A stretch of DNA of 63,840 bases, counting the filler, from Dimargaris cristalligena (taxonomy: Eukaryota): NCBI GenBank assembly GCA_003614675.1. It is 3 parts of 3 records of this genome, joined end to end, with 100 filler letters (N's around TTAATTAATTAA, not from the genome) between each part and the next. Parts side by side here need not be neighbours in the genome. Positions count along the whole stretch, not along the records: positions 44,168 to 63,840 come from ML002718.1; 2 more parts are not named here. One strand, given 5' to 3'. Positions 62,421 to 63,840 of the stretch are shown piece after piece; within the stretch, counting starts at the first letter, position 1; each line of letters begins with the position of its first letter. The position numbers were made by a program, and so were the translations under genes. The notes beneath the pieces are model-generated. The model made no database searches. It had not been told where the DNA came from and saw nothing but the letters and a program-made list of their open reading frames with translations.

Positions 62421-63840
62421 CTAACCCCGCTGCTGCGCTGTTGTTGCCGCCGCCTGCTTCGACGCCGCGGGGCCAGTGCTACTACGGTGTTGGGACCGCT
62501 GTAGGTTGTTTTGCTGGTTCCGGTTCGCTTTATATTCGAATTCGTGCCAATCCCCCTCGACCAACGGAATCTCTTCCGGCCGGCACGCCGCGGGTGCTTC
62601 TTCGGTAAAGTACGGATGTTGTAGGGCTTCCACGGCCGTTAGCCGCCGCTGGGGACTGTACGCCAAGAGGGATTCGATCAGGTGAAGGGCAGACTCCGAA
62701 ATATAGGCCGGCGTGCTAGTGTTAGGGTTAGTATTATTATGGGTGTGCTGATTGGCGGCATTATTAGCATGGGCCGCTGAAACCGCCGTGGTCAGTTTGG
62801 CCCGGAGCCGCCGGGGGTAGTTGGTCCGGCACTGGAGAAGGGCGTACCAGGGGTAGCGGGTCAGTTCCGGCCAGTAACAGTCCATCGAATAAGGCGGGTC
62901 TTCCATGGGGGACACGGGAGTAATGGGGGTGGTAGCCACCAGGGTCGGGTCCCCCCCTCCTTCTTTCGAAACCCGGGTGGTGGGCAGGCACCGTGCTCTT
63001 TTATCATCATTGTTGATATCATCCTCCTCCCCGACATGGTGTCGGCTATGTGGAGGGGGCGTCGCCGTGGGTGTACCTAAGATCCGGTAAATACAGTCGA
63101 GCTGCGATACCTCGTTCACGCCCGTAAAGAGGGCCTTACGGGTAAAAAACTCAATGAACAAACACCCGAGACCCCACACATCTGCGGGGGGTCCGTATAA
63201 GGTAGCTCCGAGGAGTAGTTCAGGGGGGCGGTACCATAGGGTAATCACCCGATTCGTATAGTCGTGCATGTTCATGGGATCGTACCGGCGGGCTAAGCCG
63301 AAATCGGCGTACTTGAGCTGGCCCGCCCGGTTCAACAGCAGGTTAGAACCCTTAATATCCCGGTGCAGTATGCCGCTTTGGTGGAGGTACGCCAACCCCG
63401 CCAGCATCTGTTGCATCAGACATTTAATGTGTGGGGGCCCCAGCGGCCAGCCCCGGGGGTGGGCCAACAGACCGGCCAAATCGTAGTCCATGTACTCGAA
63501 TATCATGTAGATGGAACCGTCGGTCCGGGCGGTGAGGGTTTCGAAGAGGCGGAGTATGTTGGGGTGTTTCATCGAGCGCAGGAGTTTGATTTCCCGCATG
63601 GCCGTGATGGGGAACCCCTCTTTTTCCGATTCCAGGCGGAACCGTTTCAGCGCCACCAATTTACCCGTGGTCCGGTATTTGGCCTTGTATACTTTACCGT
63701 AGGTGCCCTCCCCCACCTGGGCGATCCGCACAACCGCCTCAATGCCTCCCAGGGAAGGTCGGAATAAATTCCCCGCTCCGGGCACGTCGCCTTCTAAATC
63801 CGACCAGCCGGGTCGTAAACGGTCCCGCACTCGTTCGCAG
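62421..63840 (-). CDS. CTD kinase, CTK1/CDK12-like, 5'-truncated by window
   Basis: GEGTYGKVYKA, EGFPITAMREIKLL, HRDIKGSN, DFGLAR, YTNRVITLWYRPPELLLG. Confidence 0.92.
   Translation of the reverse strand, partial: CERVRDRLRPGWSDLEGDVPGAGNLFRPSLGGIEAVVRIAQVGEGTYGKVYKAKYRTTGKLVALKRFRLESEKEGFPITAMREIKLLRSMKHPNILRLFETLTARTDGSIYMIFEYMDYDLAGLLAHPRGWPLGPPHIKCLMQQMLAGLAYLHQSGILHRDIKGSNLLLNRAGQLKYADFGLARRYDPMNMHDYTNRVITLWYRPPELLLGATLYGPPADVWGLGCLFIEFFTRKALFTGVNEVSQLDCIYRILGTPTATPPPHSRHHVGEEDDINNDDKRARCLPTTRVSKEGGGDPTLVATTPITPVSPMEDPPYSMDCYWPELTRYPWYALLQCRTNYPRRLRAKLTTAVSAAHANNAANQHTHNNTNPNTSTPAYISESALHLIESLLAYSPQRRLTAVEALQHPYFTEEAPAACRPEEIPLVEGDWHEFEYKANRNQQNNLQRSQHRSSTGPAASKQAAATTAQQRG

Overview
Eukaryotic, intron-containing fungal genomic DNA. 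GTAAGT donors, CTAAC branch points and lineage-specific secreted proteins suggest an early-diverging fungus; a Zoopagomycota/Dimargaris-like origin is inference only. Two artificial 100-nt contig linkers (N-TTAATTAATTAA-N) split the window, so adjacency across them is not guaranteed. Housekeeping genes: WDR82/Swd2 3' end, NmrA-like, GH16, penta-EF-hand, RBM39-like, hexose-6-phosphate epimerase, class I methyltransferase, peroxisomal ANT1-like carrier, questin-oxidase-like, pirin, SDHAF4, AKTIP/FTS and a CTK1/CDK12-like kinase. Mobile DNA: one full-length Ty1/copia element (212-bp LTRs, AACAT TSD, half-tRNA-type PBS, a TAA-ATG junction between integrase and RT), a ~138-bp MITE family (6 copies, always at ATAT) and a nest of CpG-depleted LTR-like repeats. 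The most notable unannotated signals are: a ~350-nt highly structured RNA-like element in the last Swd2 intron; a non-coding host gene with two intronic snR13/U15-like C/D snoRNAs; further snoRNA-like candidates; a 47-codon signal peptide + amphipathic cationic peptide gene; and a +1 frame switch at CCC-CCC-CTA in the penta-EF-hand gene.
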